Source of the DNA: an uncultured Verrucomicrobiae bacterium
Lineage (GTDB): Bacteria > Verrucomicrobiota > Verrucomicrobiia > Chthoniobacterales > JAFAMB01
DNA: 64,000 nucleotides
NCBI GenBank assembly: GCA_963748055.1
Contig: CAVVII010000028.1
Location: 18,990 to 82,989, forward strand
Direction: 5' to 3'
The notes below the pieces were generated by a model. The model made no database searches. It was not told where the DNA came from and saw only the letters and a program-made list of their open reading frames with translations. Made by a program: the position numbers and the translations under genes. This document shows positions 1 through 10,195 of this stretch, piece by piece; the first letter of the stretch is position 1; every line of letters starts with the position of its first letter.

Positions 1-945
1 GCCGCCGAGCTTCCAGAGGGCGGGCCGAGCAAAAAGCAAAAAGGTCACAAATGCGGAAACCGGATTTCCAGGCAACCCGAAAACGAGCGTGCTTCCCAAT
101 CGCCCAAACATGAAGGGCTTGCCGGGCTTCACCGCAACCCTCCAGAGATCCAACTCGGCACCGAGCTTTTGCAAGACAGGTTTGACCAAATCCTTTTCGC
201 CAACTGAGACGCCGCCGGCAACCACCATCACGTCGCAGGTTCGCGCCTGTTCGAAGCTCTTTAAGTGAGCTTCCTCCGTATCCGGCACAATATCGAAAAT
301 CCGAATGTCAGATCCGGAGCCGGCCACAAGATCCGCGAGCATGATCCGATTTGTTTCGTATATTTCTCCCGCACCGATTGGATCGCCTTGCGACCGCAGT
401 TCGCTCCCGGTCGCGAGAATGGCAACACGCGGACGCCGAAAGACCAGCAATTCGTCCATGCCCTGCGAGGCGATCGCGGCTAGTTGCGGCCCCCGGAGAA
501 CACTCCCTACGCACACTATCTTTTGGCCTTCGCAAAGGTCGCCACCTCGTACCCGGATGTTCTCCCCGACGGTTACGCTCTCACGCACCAGGATAGCTCC
601 ATCCCGGAGATCCGCGTCCTCCTGCATGAGCACAGCATTGGCACGTCGAGGTATGGGTGCGCCAGTATAGATGCGAGTCGCCCGGCCCGACGCGACGTCC
701 AGCCCAAGATCCGGGCCGGCAGCTTGCTCTCCGGCGACTATCAGCCGTGCGCCTCGAACCGCTTCCTCAGCCCGAACCGCATAGCCGTCCATGGTAGAGT
801 TGTCGAACCGAGGCAGGGCCACAGTAGCAACAACGTCCTGCGCAAGAACCCTGTCTCGACATTCCCAAATCGGTACACTTTCGAAAGCCGGTGATGGCAC
901 CGACTCTAACACCCGTTTCAAAGTCTCTCGTTCGCTCAGGAGCAT
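1..945 (-). CDS. moeA: Molybdopterin molybdenumtransferase MoeA, 5' part only (3' end lies off the window)
   Basis: The minus-strand frame is open from the ATG (cat at 943-945; alternative TTG at 949-951) to the window edge. It is absent from the ORF track because there is no stop inside the window. It mirrors 51499-52444. The N-terminus MLLSERETLKRVLESV...PRFDNSTMDGYAVRAEE is MoeA-like. Unlike the right copy it lacks the extra base, so ...GARLIVAGEQAAGPDLG...IYTGAPIP reads in one frame. Confidence 0.75.
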   Translation of the reverse strand, partial: MLLSERETLKRVLESVPSPAFESVPIWECRDRVLAQDVVATVALPRFDNSTMDGYAVRAEEAVRGARLIVAGEQAAGPDLGLDVASGRATRIYTGAPIPRRANAVLMQEDADLRDGAILVRESVTVGENIRVRGGDLCEGQKIVCVGSVLRGPQLAAIASQGMDELLVFRRPRVAILATGSELRSQGDPIGAGEIYETNRIMLADLVAGSGSDIRIFDIVPDTEEAHLKSFEQARTCDVMVVAGGVSVGEKDLVKPVLQKLGAELDLWRVAVKPGKPFMFGRLGSTLVFGLPGNPVSAFVTFLLFARPALWKLGG

Positions 946-1129
946 AGCCAACCAAAACGCAGTCCTGCAGAAGAAGCAAAGCCTTAGCCCGTCCCACCCC
1001 GGTTTGACGGCTCGCCGAGCAAACCAGTTCGCTACTACAAACGTCAAACTGGTGCTGGAAGCTCCCACCTCGCGCCTTGCCGGCGGCCCATTTTGTCCGC
1101 AACACTATACCTGCTATTTCGGCAGGACA

Positions 1130-3631
1130 CTAAGGCGAAAGCTTCAGAACTTGCTTGATTCGCAGATCCCTGGAGGACGCTCCGACGGCGATCCCGTATT
1201 CTCCCGGATCGGTCCTCCAGTGACCGGATGCAGAGTCGAAGCAGGCAAAGGATAGTCGATTGAGCCTGACGGTTATCTCTTTGGACTCGCCAGGCGATAG
1301 AAATACCTTCTCAAATCCCTTCAGCTCTCTGAGGGGCCTCGCAACCGTCGACTGCTTCGCCTCGACATAGAGTTGCGCGACTTCCGCTCCCGCTCGATCC
1401 CCGATATTTCGGACCTCGAATGAGACGTTGACTTCGTCGCGATCGGCAGACCCACTCTGGTCAATTTTAAGATTGGAGTACTCAAATTGGGTGTACGAGA
1501 GCCCAAACCCGAACGGAAACAACGGGTCGATCTCGAAATGATCATATCCCCGGTAGCCGACAAAAATCCCTTCCTCGTACCGGACATTTTCGCCGTCAGT
1601 GTCGGACGGATAAGACTTAAACGCCGGATTGTCGGTTTCTCTGGCTTCAAAAGTCACCGGAAGCTTGGCGGACGGGTTTACGTCGCCAAAGAGGATTTTA
1701 GCGATCGCATTCCCTCCCTCCTGACCCGGATACCAGGCGTGCAGGAGAGCGGGCACCTTGTTCAGCCACCGGTGCATATCGATGTTCCCGCCCGAATTCA
1801 GGATAACGATGGTATTCGGATTTTTCTCCGCGACGCCATTGACAAGATCATCCTGTCCATCCGGGAGTTGGAAGGTGCGATCAAAACCCTCACCTTCGGT
1901 CCCGTTGTCGAATCCAACACAGACAATCGCAGCATCGTATTCTCGAATGGCGTCGGGAACTCTGAGTGACGCCCAACCGAACTGTGCAACGGCACCTCCC
2001 CCACCGCTATTCTTATATTCCACTCGCAACCGATAGATTCGGCTCGCCTCCAGGGACTTTGTGGCGACGACAGGCCGCGCCGCGTGATCGGCCCAATCAT
2101 CAATGATCAATTCGTCGTCGAGAAAAACTCGAATTCCAGCGTCCGCTCGCGCGCGAAAAACGTATGGGGATGAGTCGTTCGCCCGTATCACTCCAGTCCA
2201 GCGGGCGGTGAATTGCGTCGGTAAACTACCGAGCGGAGGGTTCGCGGAACCCCAATCGAAGTTAATTCGTTGATCAACCCGATCGAGGATCGCGGCGCCT
2301 GATAGCGTCAGGTTGGAAAAATATTCTGCTCGCAACCCGTCAGATAATTTTCCGGTCTGATCTTCGTGTTCATACTGCGAAGTCCCGAAATTGCCGACGC
2401 CGACATCGAAATAATCTACGGCCGTATCCGGCCTCTTGTTGTTGGTCAAGCCATCAAGCACACTCACTGCGTAAAACGGCGTGACATAGGAACTTCCCCA
2501 GCCGGTAGGCACGCCAGGTTGCGCGTCAGGTCCGAGCACGGCGATTTTCTTGATCCTGGTCTGATCAAAAGGCAAAGTCTTTTTCTCGTTCTTCAGCAGC
2601 ACGATACCCTCCTCAGCGACCGCCAACGCCGTCTGGCCGCTTTCCGGATCATTTTCCGGAATCGATGGATCCTTCTGCGGACGATCGAGAAATCCCATTC
2701 TGACGATCATTCGCAAAATTCGACGCACTTTGTCGTTGATCTGTTCTTCTGTGATCTCGGCGGATCGCAAAGCTCGGAGCAATTTTTGCGGGTTCATCCA
2801 CTCGCCGGTCGGCATTTCCAGGTCTAAACCGTTACGAACCGGCCCCAACGTGTTGTGAGTGGCACCCCAATCCGACATCAGAACGCCGTCGAATCCCCAT
2901 TCCGCTTTCAGCACCAGATCATTCAGAAACTCGTTCTCCGTACAGTACTGACCATTCACTTTGTTATACGCATCCATCACGGCGCCGACCTTCGCTATTC
3001 GAACTGCCGCATCGAATGCGGGCAGATAGATCTCCCGCAAGGCTCGCTCGCTGACAATGACGTTGATAATCTGGCGATTAATCTCCTGGTTGTTAGCGGC
3101 GAAATGTTTCGCCGTCGCGACCACTCCCTGACTTTGGACTCCCTGAATAAAGGGAACGACCAGCTGCGCTGCTAAATATGGATCTTCCCCTGCGATATAT
3201 TCAAAATTCCTCCCGCAGATCGGGATGCGGTTGATATTTACGCCGGGAGCTAGCAAGACATGAATGCCACGTGCACGACAGTCCCGGCCCATCGATTCAC
3301 CCTCCCTGGCAGCAAGAGCCCGATTCCAGCTCGCTGCCAGCGCGATCCCGCCTGGGTAACGAGTGCTCGGCGTATCCCGCCGGACTCCGATCGGCCCGTC
3401 CGACATGCGAATCTCCGGCACGCCGAGCCTGGGAATCGGTCGAATTGACATCGCGTTGACCCCGCCGATGTAATCGAGCTTCTCTTCCAGGGTCATTCCG
3501 AGCAAAATCTTTTCTACACGTGTTTCGCCGAATTCTGCCGGTGATCCGTGAGTTGGGACGGAACAGTTAATCAACAGCCCGGTGAACAGGCATAACGTGC
3601 GAATCGATATCGCATGTATTTCCGCTATCAT
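1130..3631 (-). CDS. GH3 beta-glucosidase with inserted PA14 domain, secreted
   Basis: The ORF is 852 aa. The likely start is the internal MIAEIHAISIRTLCLF... (signal-like) at 3631 rather than 3688. GH3 blocks are KHFAANNQE, GFDGVLMSDWGA and a C-terminal FGFGLSY. The PA14-like segment is LRAEYFSN...FTARWTG...IRVFLDDELIIDDW. Confidence 0.9.
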   Translation of the reverse strand: MIAEIHAISIRTLCLFTGLLINCSVPTHGSPAEFGETRVEKILLGMTLEEKLDYIGGVNAMSIRPIPRLGVPEIRMSDGPIGVRRDTPSTRYPGGIALAASWNRALAAREGESMGRDCRARGIHVLLAPGVNINRIPICGRNFEYIAGEDPYLAAQLVVPFIQGVQSQGVVATAKHFAANNQEINRQIINVIVSERALREIYLPAFDAAVRIAKVGAVMDAYNKVNGQYCTENEFLNDLVLKAEWGFDGVLMSDWGATHNTLGPVRNGLDLEMPTGEWMNPQKLLRALRSAEITEEQINDKVRRILRMIVRMGFLDRPQKDPSIPENDPESGQTALAVAEEGIVLLKNEKKTLPFDQTRIKKIAVLGPDAQPGVPTGWGSSYVTPFYAVSVLDGLTNNKRPDTAVDYFDVGVGNFGTSQYEHEDQTGKLSDGLRAEYFSNLTLSGAAILDRVDQRINFDWGSANPPLGSLPTQFTARWTGVIRANDSSPYVFRARADAGIRVFLDDELIIDDWADHAARPVVATKSLEASRIYRLRVEYKNSGGGGAVAQFGWASLRVPDAIREYDAAIVCVGFDNGTEGEGFDRTFQLPDGQDDLVNGVAEKNPNTIVILNSGGNIDMHRWLNKVPALLHAWYPGQEGGNAIAKILFGDVNPSAKLPVTFEARETDNPAFKSYPSDTDGENVRYEEGIFVGYRGYDHFEIDPLFPFGFGLSYTQFEYSNLKIDQSGSADRDEVNVSFEVRNIGDRAGAEVAQLYVEAKQSTVARPLRELKGFEKVFLSPGESKEITVRLNRLSFACFDSASGHWRTDPGEYGIAVGASSRDLRIKQVLKLSP

Positions 3632-3800
3632 CGTTCTTCGCCCAGGCTGTTCATGCAGCGAGTCTAGCCACGCAACCGCAGCAAGCAAACGATCGCTCTC
3701 TCCAGACGGCCGAGTACGCGCTCTAAAGCGACTTTGGGAGCTTCCGATCTTTTGCCTTTTTTCGAACGTTACGTTAAACGTGGAGACTCAGGTAACTTCA

Positions 3801-5195
3801 ATGAGCATCTGTCCAACCAAAGTCAGTGATAATGGCCGTTTCCTGGTCAAAGCCGATGGCCAGCCCTTTCTCTGGTTTGCGGATACCGCCTGGGAACTTT
3901 TCCATCGTCTGAATCGTGAGGATGCCGCCCACTATCTTCAGAGGCGGGCCGAACAGAAATTCACCCTCGTCCAAGCGGTTATCCTCGGAGAGTTTAATGG
4001 AGTCCTGGAACCGAACGCCTATGGAGATCCAGCCCTCCTGGATGCCGATCCGACGCGTCCAAACGAGCCATATTTCCAACATGTGGACTGGATTCTAGCG
4101 AGCGCAAACCGGCTGGGTTTGACGCTCGGAGTATTGCCAACCTGGGGAGATAAAGTGGGTAACACCCACGGAGACGGTCCCCGCATCTTCAACGCAAAGA
4201 ATGCGCGGACCTACGGCGAATTCCTGGGGAGAAGATACAAGAACAGCGATCTCGTCTGGATCATCGGCGGAGATCGATTGGTCGACGACGAGGAGAAGTT
4301 CAGGATTTGGCGAGCGATGGCTGAAGGGTTGCGAACCGGCGATGAGGGACTCCACCTGATTACGTTTCACCCGCGCGGCGGCGACGATTCAATCTCAAGC
4401 TCCTCCCATATATTTTCGAATTCAGACCCGGTGCTCGATTTCAACATGAGGCAAAACGGCCATGGCGATCGCGCTAACACCTGGTCAAGAATTTTCAGCG
4501 ATTACTCGCTGCAACCCGTGAAACCAGTCCTGGATGGGGAACCGCTCTACGAAGACCATCCAATCAGCTTCAACGCTGCAGAGCACGGCTATTCAAACGC
4601 GCACGATATCCGCCGTTTCCTTTACCTTGATTTGTTCGCCGGGGCTTTCGGCCACACCTACGGTCACCACTCGGTATGGCAATTCCATACTCCGGAACGA
4701 GGCGAAGGTGTTAATAAACCCGTCAGCTACTGGCGAGAAGCTTTGAACAGTCCCGGTGCAAACGACATTCGGCATGCTCGCGCACTGCTCGAAAGCCGCC
4801 CATTTCTATCTCGGATACCTGATCACTCGCTCATTCACGCGTTTGCGGTTCCCTACGCAATCCCGGGATCCGGAACCAAGCTTATGGCCTCGACACGAGG
4901 CGAGGACGGTTCTTTCGGCATGATCTATCTATCCTGTGCGCGCGCATTCACAGTGAACCCACGAGCGATTTCCGGCGAAAACCTCCGGCTCTGGTGGTTC
5001 AACCCACGTGACGGCACCAACTTTGACCTTGGCGCGGTCGAAAAGCCGAGACTTATTGAAATCATCCCACCCTTCCAGGGGGAAGATATCGACTGGGTAT
5101 TGGTTATTGATGACGCCGCTCGGCGATATCCGCAGCCGGGCGAGGAACCCTCTGTCGAGCAAGGCGGTGATCACGCTTTTCGTTTGAAATCATAG
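3801..5195 (+). CDS. DUF4038 / GH140-like glycoside hydrolase with C-terminal collagen-binding-like domain
   Basis: The start is ATG at 3801 (MSICPTKVSDNGRFLVKADGQPFLWFADTAWELFHRL...). The GxPFxWxxDTAWxLF block with RAEQKFTLVQAVIL is typical of DUF4038. The 537-aa track ORF (from 3582) overlaps the divergent GH3 start, so its extension is not credible. Confidence 0.7.
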   Translation: MSICPTKVSDNGRFLVKADGQPFLWFADTAWELFHRLNREDAAHYLQRRAEQKFTLVQAVILGEFNGVLEPNAYGDPALLDADPTRPNEPYFQHVDWILASANRLGLTLGVLPTWGDKVGNTHGDGPRIFNAKNARTYGEFLGRRYKNSDLVWIIGGDRLVDDEEKFRIWRAMAEGLRTGDEGLHLITFHPRGGDDSISSSSHIFSNSDPVLDFNMRQNGHGDRANTWSRIFSDYSLQPVKPVLDGEPLYEDHPISFNAAEHGYSNAHDIRRFLYLDLFAGAFGHTYGHHSVWQFHTPERGEGVNKPVSYWREALNSPGANDIRHARALLESRPFLSRIPDHSLIHAFAVPYAIPGSGTKLMASTRGEDGSFGMIYLSCARAFTVNPRAISGENLRLWWFNPRDGTNFDLGAVEKPRLIEIIPPFQGEDIDWVLVIDDAARRYPQPGEEPSVEQGGDHAFRLKS

Positions 5196-5197
5196 GG

Positions 5198-5293
5198 AGC
5201 TTTCTAGCCCGCAAAAATGACGCAAAGGTCGAAGCGATGAGCTCATTGCGGGCTAGGAAGCTCTTAAACAGACGCTGGGCGTCTGTTTAAGAG
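5198..5293 (+). terminator. Two adjacent strong hairpins downstream of the GH140-like gene
   Basis: The first hairpin pairs 5198-5214 agctttctagcccgcaa with 5246-5262 ttgcgggctaggaagct (17 bp, 1 mismatch, about 31-nt loop). The second pairs 5261-5275 ctcttaaacagacgc with 5279-5293 gcgtctgtttaagag (perfect 15 bp, 3-nt loop). The U-tract is weak (agcctgttt). Confidence 0.45.
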
Positions 5294-5398
5294 CCTGTTT
5301 AATATAAATGAATTAAGACAAACTGTTACAGAACTCCTCTCTAAAAGGCAGTCGAATTTTCCGGCGTAGCCGGAGAATTCTGCTGCCTGAGCCCAAGG

Positions 5399-5668
5399 CT
5401 AGCCCGGCTTGACCACCAACGGTACCTTGTCACCGGGCCCCGCCATCGGGTCACCGTTGCAGACGACGTCCAGGCGCGAACCGGTACGCGCTTTACTGCG
5501 TTCGAGATTAAGACCTGTCGAAACAATCTCGGCGACATTCTCCAATGCGTCACTCTGAAGACGCACCAAAACCGAATCTATTGATTGCTTTTCGACGCTA
5601 ACAACTGTTGCGAGAATCGCCTGCTTCACATTGCCTGTTCGGTGCACGTGCCGGAACCGGTCGTACAA
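5399..5668 (-). CDS. Hypothetical protein (weak call, TTG start)
   Basis: The ORF is 89 aa with protein-like composition but no ATG start, no recognisable motif and no clear RBS. Confidence 0.25.
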   Translation of the reverse strand: MYDRFRHVHRTGNVKQAILATVVSVEKQSIDSVLVRLQSDALENVAEIVSTGLNLERSKARTGSRLDVVCNGDPMAGPGDKVPLVVKPG

Positions 5669-5706
5669 TCGGGTTATTCCGGTTGCGATTTTCAGGCCCT
5701 CTGGAG

Positions 5707-5910
5707 ATAAGGAATGCGTCTCGCATTATTTCTTACCGTGAGTAAGGCGTCTCGCCTTACCGCCCCCGCACGTACCCCCCGGAATACTCCGGTTTGAGTA
5801 GGAAACGAGATGCGTTCAATTACGGAAGAGGTAAGGCGGGACGCCTTACTCACTTTGAGAGGTAAGGGGAGATGCACTTACTTACTGCGGAGGTAAAGGC
5901 AAGTCGCTCT
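5707..5910. repeat. Array of 4-5 short palindromes with consensus GAG-GTAAGGCG-N3-CGCCTTAC
   Basis: Perfect copies are 5742-5760 gtaaggcg tct cgccttac and 5831-5849 gtaaggcg gga cgccttac. Degenerate copies lie at 5707-5736, 5862-5881 (gtaag...cttac) and 5893-5912 (taaag...cttta). The array sits immediately 3' of the GH36 gene. Confidence 0.6.
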
Positions 5911-5920
5911 TTAGTTTTAG

Positions 5921-8050
5921 TTAGCCGCCGGAGTTGCCCTCCAGGACTACTGCGGAATCGGGAAAGCCGACGGGAAGGGCGACACCAACTCGCTCCAGGA
6001 ATGCACCAGTAACGGCCACCCGTGTTTCCGACATCAGGGGCGAATTGAACTCTTGCATGGCGGGACTTGGAATCTCGGGTTTATCCCAAAGCGAGAGCCG
6101 ATACGATCGGTCAGGATCGAGACCGATGATCCTCATCGGACCTTGTACGCTGTTCAGAGTTGTATCCGTAAAAAAGACGAAGAGAATGAATTGCCGGCGA
6201 TCTTCGCTAACGACTACGTGGGCGTAAATCGCCGGGTCCTCCGTTTGGAGTCGTCGCGTGGCGCCGCTATGAATCAGGCTTCGATATTGTTTGTAGCGCG
6301 CCGTCCAGCACTTCAAGGTCGAGAGTTCTTCAGATGACAAGTCGCGAAGATCAATCTCCATCCCCATGTGACCTGTCAAAGCCACCGCACATCGGAACGG
6401 CAGGGATAATTTCCGCTTTGTTTGATGACCGGTGGACGGCCCAACATGCGAACCCATGACAATCGAAGGGAAAAAATAACTGAACCCACGCTGGATCCGG
6501 ACTCTCTCGTGAGCGTCGTTGCTATCGGATGCCCAGACCCTGCAAGTTCGCTCAAGAATCCCGAAATCCGCACGCGCTCCGCCGGAGGAGCAGGATTCGA
6601 TCTCCACGAAGGGATGACGCTCGCGAAGCCGGCGAAGGAGATCGTATAATGCCAGCGTTTGGTCGTGAACGGAAGGTTGGCCGTCCTTTCCGCCAGGGAG
6701 CGTGAGGTCGCGGTTCATGTCCCATTTCAAGTATTTTATCCCTGGATATTGGGTAATTAGTTTGGATAGAGCATTGAACAAGTACTCGCTCACCTCAGTG
6801 CGCGCCAGGTTCAGGACATATTGGTAGCGGCCGACCGGCTGGTGGTAAGGCGGTACGTGCAGAATCCAGTCCGGATGCGACCTGAACAGGTCTGAATTCT
6901 CATTGATCATTTCGGGTTCGACCCAAATGCCAAACTCCATGCCGGCCGCCTCGACGCGGCCCACCAACGGTTGGAGTCCCTCCGGATATTTGGCCTCGTC
7001 CACTTCCCAATCTCCAAGCGCAGCCCGATCATCCTTTCGGCCTCGAAACCAGCCATCATCCAGAACAAATCGTTCGGCTCCGACTTTCGCCGCCAGCTCG
7101 ACAAGCCCGAAAAGCGTTTCGTAGTCGTGATTGAAGTAAACAGCTTCCCAGCTATTGAAATGCACGAGACGCGGTTTTGCGGGATCCGGGAACTGTACCA
7201 ATCGATCGCGAACGAACCGATGAAATTGTTGGGACAGGTTGTTCAGACCCGTCGCGCTCGCGAGATACAAAGGGGGCGATTCGTAATATTGGCCGGGCTC
7301 GAGCACCATTTCCCCCGGAAGGAAAAGTTCGCCGGCCTGGACGAGGAAGTCGCCGTGCGGCGACCGGTCAATGACCCAACTCCAGTTACCGCTCCAGCCG
7401 AGATGGAAACCGAAGACAGCTCCTTGCTCTTGACCGAAACCCCGATCGCCCATGATCAACCCTGGAAAGTATTCATGCGATGTCCGTCCATAACGATTCT
7501 CGAACCTGTACTGGCCGATCGGGAGGATCAGACGTTGTTCCTGAAACTCGCGGTTCCATCGACCGGCGAGCGTCAGCACCTCATTGCAGTTGTTGGGCAA
7601 CGGCCAGCAACCCGCCGTCAACCATTCAAGTTCATAAGGCGATTGACCGACATTCTGAATCGCGGAACGGACGCGAAAAAGGCCGGAATGAGCGCTCGAG
7701 AAGATCGAGATCTTCAACTCCAGTTGAGCGACCGGATCTTGCCCGAACAGTACCAGAAGCTCCTCCGTTAGCTCCGCATTTCGCAGTTGGAACTGGGTTG
7801 CCCATCCAGCCCGGCCTCGATGACCCTCCAGACCGGGACGTCCGAAAAACCCGCGTCCGTATTCCGGGATCACCGAGACCGGCGTGTATTCGACCAGCTT
7901 CGATGGCGGAAGCGGCTTGCGAGTGAGGCTTAAGTCGCCCGTTATCTTGCCGGAAAGCTTCGGGCCCCAGTAAATGACCTCGGGCAACCCCTGTTCAAGT
8001 ACATCTAACGCCAGGCTCTGAGTGAGCGAGTCGAGTTGGAGTATATTCAT
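5921..8050 (-). CDS. Alpha-galactosidase, GH36 family
   Basis: 709 aa. It carries the GH36 signatures KYLKWDMNRD and ESCSSGGARADFG, and the length and architecture are typical of AgaA/RafA-type enzymes. Confidence 0.9.
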   Translation of the reverse strand: MNILQLDSLTQSLALDVLEQGLPEVIYWGPKLSGKITGDLSLTRKPLPPSKLVEYTPVSVIPEYGRGFFGRPGLEGHRGRAGWATQFQLRNAELTEELLVLFGQDPVAQLELKISIFSSAHSGLFRVRSAIQNVGQSPYELEWLTAGCWPLPNNCNEVLTLAGRWNREFQEQRLILPIGQYRFENRYGRTSHEYFPGLIMGDRGFGQEQGAVFGFHLGWSGNWSWVIDRSPHGDFLVQAGELFLPGEMVLEPGQYYESPPLYLASATGLNNLSQQFHRFVRDRLVQFPDPAKPRLVHFNSWEAVYFNHDYETLFGLVELAAKVGAERFVLDDGWFRGRKDDRAALGDWEVDEAKYPEGLQPLVGRVEAAGMEFGIWVEPEMINENSDLFRSHPDWILHVPPYHQPVGRYQYVLNLARTEVSEYLFNALSKLITQYPGIKYLKWDMNRDLTLPGGKDGQPSVHDQTLALYDLLRRLRERHPFVEIESCSSGGARADFGILERTCRVWASDSNDAHERVRIQRGFSYFFPSIVMGSHVGPSTGHQTKRKLSLPFRCAVALTGHMGMEIDLRDLSSEELSTLKCWTARYKQYRSLIHSGATRRLQTEDPAIYAHVVVSEDRRQFILFVFFTDTTLNSVQGPMRIIGLDPDRSYRLSLWDKPEIPSPAMQEFNSPLMSETRVAVTGAFLERVGVALPVGFPDSAVVLEGNSGG

Positions 8051-8075
8051 TTGTATCGAGACTGGAATTTAAGTT

Positions 8076-8113
8076 AGCCGGCCCGCACAAAGAACTGCGG
8101 GCCGGCTTTTTTT
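8076..8113 (+). terminator. GC-rich hairpin plus T7 run (intrinsic-terminator shape, plus-strand polarity)
   Basis: The sequence is agccggcccgca-caaagaac-tgcgggccggct followed by ttttttt. It lies between galE and the GH36 gene, both of which are on the minus strand. Confidence 0.45.
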
Positions 8114-8165
8114 GTCCCCCAAACTTTCGGCGCAGCGAACCGCTGCAGAATTCCTTCGACTCCTA

Positions 8166-9143
8166 TTAATCCGGGTAACCGTCAGGATTTGCTTTGTGCC
8201 AGCGCCACGCGCTTTCGATGATTTCGCGCACGCGCGGGAATTGCGGCACCCACCCAAGTTCCTCGCGAATCTTGTCGCTGGCTGCAACCAGCACCGCGGG
8301 ATCGCCGGCACGACGCGGCCCGCTGTCCGCGCAGATCGATAAACCCGTTATATCGCTGGCCGTGTCGATGACCTCTTTGACGGTGAAGCCTTCACCGTTA
8401 CCAAGATTGTAATAGCGGCTGCCACGATCGAGAGCGCGCAGCGCCAGAATGTGAGCCTGCGCGAGGTCAATAACATGGATGTAGTCCCGCAGGCAGGTCC
8501 CGTCGCGTGTCGGGTAGTCATCGCCGAAAATGGTGACTTTCTCGCGCTGGCCGAGCGCGACTTGGAGCACGAGCGGGATCAGGTGAAGTTCCGGGTCGTG
8601 ATCCTCGCCCCGCGTGGCCGTTGCTCCGGCGGCATTAAAATAGCGCAGACATGCGAAGCGGACCCCATGGATCCGGTCTAGCCAATGCAACATGCGCTCA
8701 AGAATAAATTTCGATTCACCGTACGGGCTGCCTGGAATGATATGCTCGGACTCGTCAATTGGCATTCGCTGCGGCTGGTCGAATAGATTTGCCGTAGAGG
8801 ACAGGATGACCCGCTTAACTTCGTGCTCGACTATGCTCTCGAGCAGATTCAGGCCGTTCCTGACGTTGTCGCCAAGATACAGAAACGGTTTCGCCATCGA
8901 TTCGCCAACCAGTGTTTTAGAGGCGAAGTGCATCACGGCATCGGGACGATGATCGCTGAGAGCCCCATCAATCTCTGCTCGATTCGAAAGATCGCCTTTC
9001 ACAAAAGCGGCTGCAGGATGCACTGCCGTTCGGTGCCCCTGGGATAGATTGTCGAAAACAACGACCGATTCACCGGCGGCGATCAATTGTTCGACGGCCA
9101 CGCTGCCGATGTAACCTGCTCCTCCAGTGACCAGGATTTTCAT
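8166..9143 (-). CDS. galE: UDP-glucose 4-epimerase
   Basis: 325 aa. It has the [14 protein letters not shown] Rossmann N-terminus and the SPYGESK catalytic motif. The start overlaps the galT stop (ATGA). Confidence 0.92.
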   Translation of the reverse strand: MKILVTGGAGYIGSVAVEQLIAAGESVVVFDNLSQGHRTAVHPAAAFVKGDLSNRAEIDGALSDHRPDAVMHFASKTLVGESMAKPFLYLGDNVRNGLNLLESIVEHEVKRVILSSTANLFDQPQRMPIDESEHIIPGSPYGESKFILERMLHWLDRIHGVRFACLRYFNAAGATATRGEDHDPELHLIPLVLQVALGQREKVTIFGDDYPTRDGTCLRDYIHVIDLAQAHILALRALDRGSRYYNLGNGEGFTVKEVIDTASDITGLSICADSGPRRAGDPAVLVAASDKIREELGWVPQFPRVREIIESAWRWHKANPDGYPD

Positions 9144-10174
9144 GAATTCCTTTCTTTGAAATGAATTTCGGGCTGGTCGCGAAGCGTCTGTGCAGCCTGT
9201 TCGGCGGTTAAATCACGTTGGGCTTCGCCGAGCATCTCATAACCGACCATGAATTTCTTCACGGTCGCCGAGCGAAGCAGCGGTGGATAGAAATGCGCGT
9301 GCAATTGCCAGTGCGCGAAATCACCCATACCACTCGGCGCCCCATGCCAACCCATTGAGTAAGGAAAGGATATTTCAAAGAGGTTGTCGTAGCGTATCAA
9401 GAGACGCTTGAGAATCTCTGCCAGGCTCGTTCGTTCGGAGTGACCCAAGTCGGGTAGTCGCGACACTTGTTTACGAGGCAGAAGCAGGGTCTCATAAGGC
9501 CACGTGGCCCAGTAGGGCAGCAGCACGACCCAATCCTCATTCTGAACCACGATGCGCTCTTTTTGCTCTTCTTCATGCTTCAGATAGTCGATGAGCAGGA
9601 GTGATCCACGCTCGCGCCAGTGCGCGAGCTGCTGGCGATCTTCTTTGGCCGGCTCATTGGGAATAAAATCACTGGCCCAGATCTGACCGTGCGGGTGCGG
9701 ATTTGAGCACCCCATGATATCGCCCTTATTTTCGAAAACCTGGATCCAGCGATAGTCACGGGACAATTCTTCGGTTTGTTCAGCCCATACGTCTACGACG
9801 CCCCGAATCGCTTCCACCGGCATTTCCGGCAGCGTCAAATCGTGGCGCGGAGAGAAGCAGATTACACGGCAGGTTCCAGAGACGGGTTGACGCCGCAAAA
9901 GGTCGCCACTAGGAACCGACTCCTGTCCATTGGGCAGGACGGCAGCGAAATCGTTCGTGAAGACGTAGGTCGAATTGTATTCAGGATTTTTCGCCCCGCC
10001 GGCGCGCTCATTGCCGGGGCAGAGATAGCACTTCGGGTCGTGGGCCGGACGCGCGTCCCGTGACGCGCTCTCTTGCTTGCCTTGCCAAGGACGCTGGGTG
10101 CGATGCGGAGAAACGAGGATCCAGTCGCCGGTTAGAATGTTAAAGCGACGGTGGGGATGTTGGTTTGGGTCCAT
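9140..10174 (-). CDS. galT: Galactose-1-phosphate uridylyltransferase
   Basis: 344 aa. It has the [12 protein letters not shown] zinc-site region and the HPHGQIWA (HxHxQ) active site. Confidence 0.92.
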   Translation of the reverse strand: MDPNQHPHRRFNILTGDWILVSPHRTQRPWQGKQESASRDARPAHDPKCYLCPGNERAGGAKNPEYNSTYVFTNDFAAVLPNGQESVPSGDLLRRQPVSGTCRVICFSPRHDLTLPEMPVEAIRGVVDVWAEQTEELSRDYRWIQVFENKGDIMGCSNPHPHGQIWASDFIPNEPAKEDRQQLAHWRERGSLLLIDYLKHEEEQKERIVVQNEDWVVLLPYWATWPYETLLLPRKQVSRLPDLGHSERTSLAEILKRLLIRYDNLFEISFPYSMGWHGAPSGMGDFAHWQLHAHFYPPLLRSATVKKFMVGYEMLGEAQRDLTAEQAAQTLRDQPEIHFKERNS

Positions 10175-10195
10175 GATTACAGGCCTTTCCGAGTT

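Larger units (their letters stand above)
1..3995. repeat. Left arm of an inverted repeat of at least 3,995 bp; reverse complement of 48449-52444
   Basis: Every ORF in 1-3995 has a mirror ORF on the other strand at 52444 or 52445 minus its coordinate. Examples: 1130-3688(-) = 48756-51314(+) and 265-483(+) = 51962-52180(-). By direct base comparison, pos 1-14 gccgccgagcttcc is the revcomp of 52431-52444. Identity ends at 3995/48449. The arm runs into the window edge, so its true length is unknown. Confidence 0.93.

Noticed and set aside
3582-3800. N-terminal extension of the 537-aa GH140-like ORF, and likewise 3632-3688 of the GH3 ORF
   Set aside because: The two extensions overlap each other on opposite strands. 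Internal ATGs (3801 and 3631) give sensible N-termini and leave a divergent promoter region.
6971-7771. 266-aa plus-strand ORF
   Set aside because: It is antisense to the GH36 alpha-galactosidase gene. It has an Arg/Pro-rich shadow composition and no recognisable domain.
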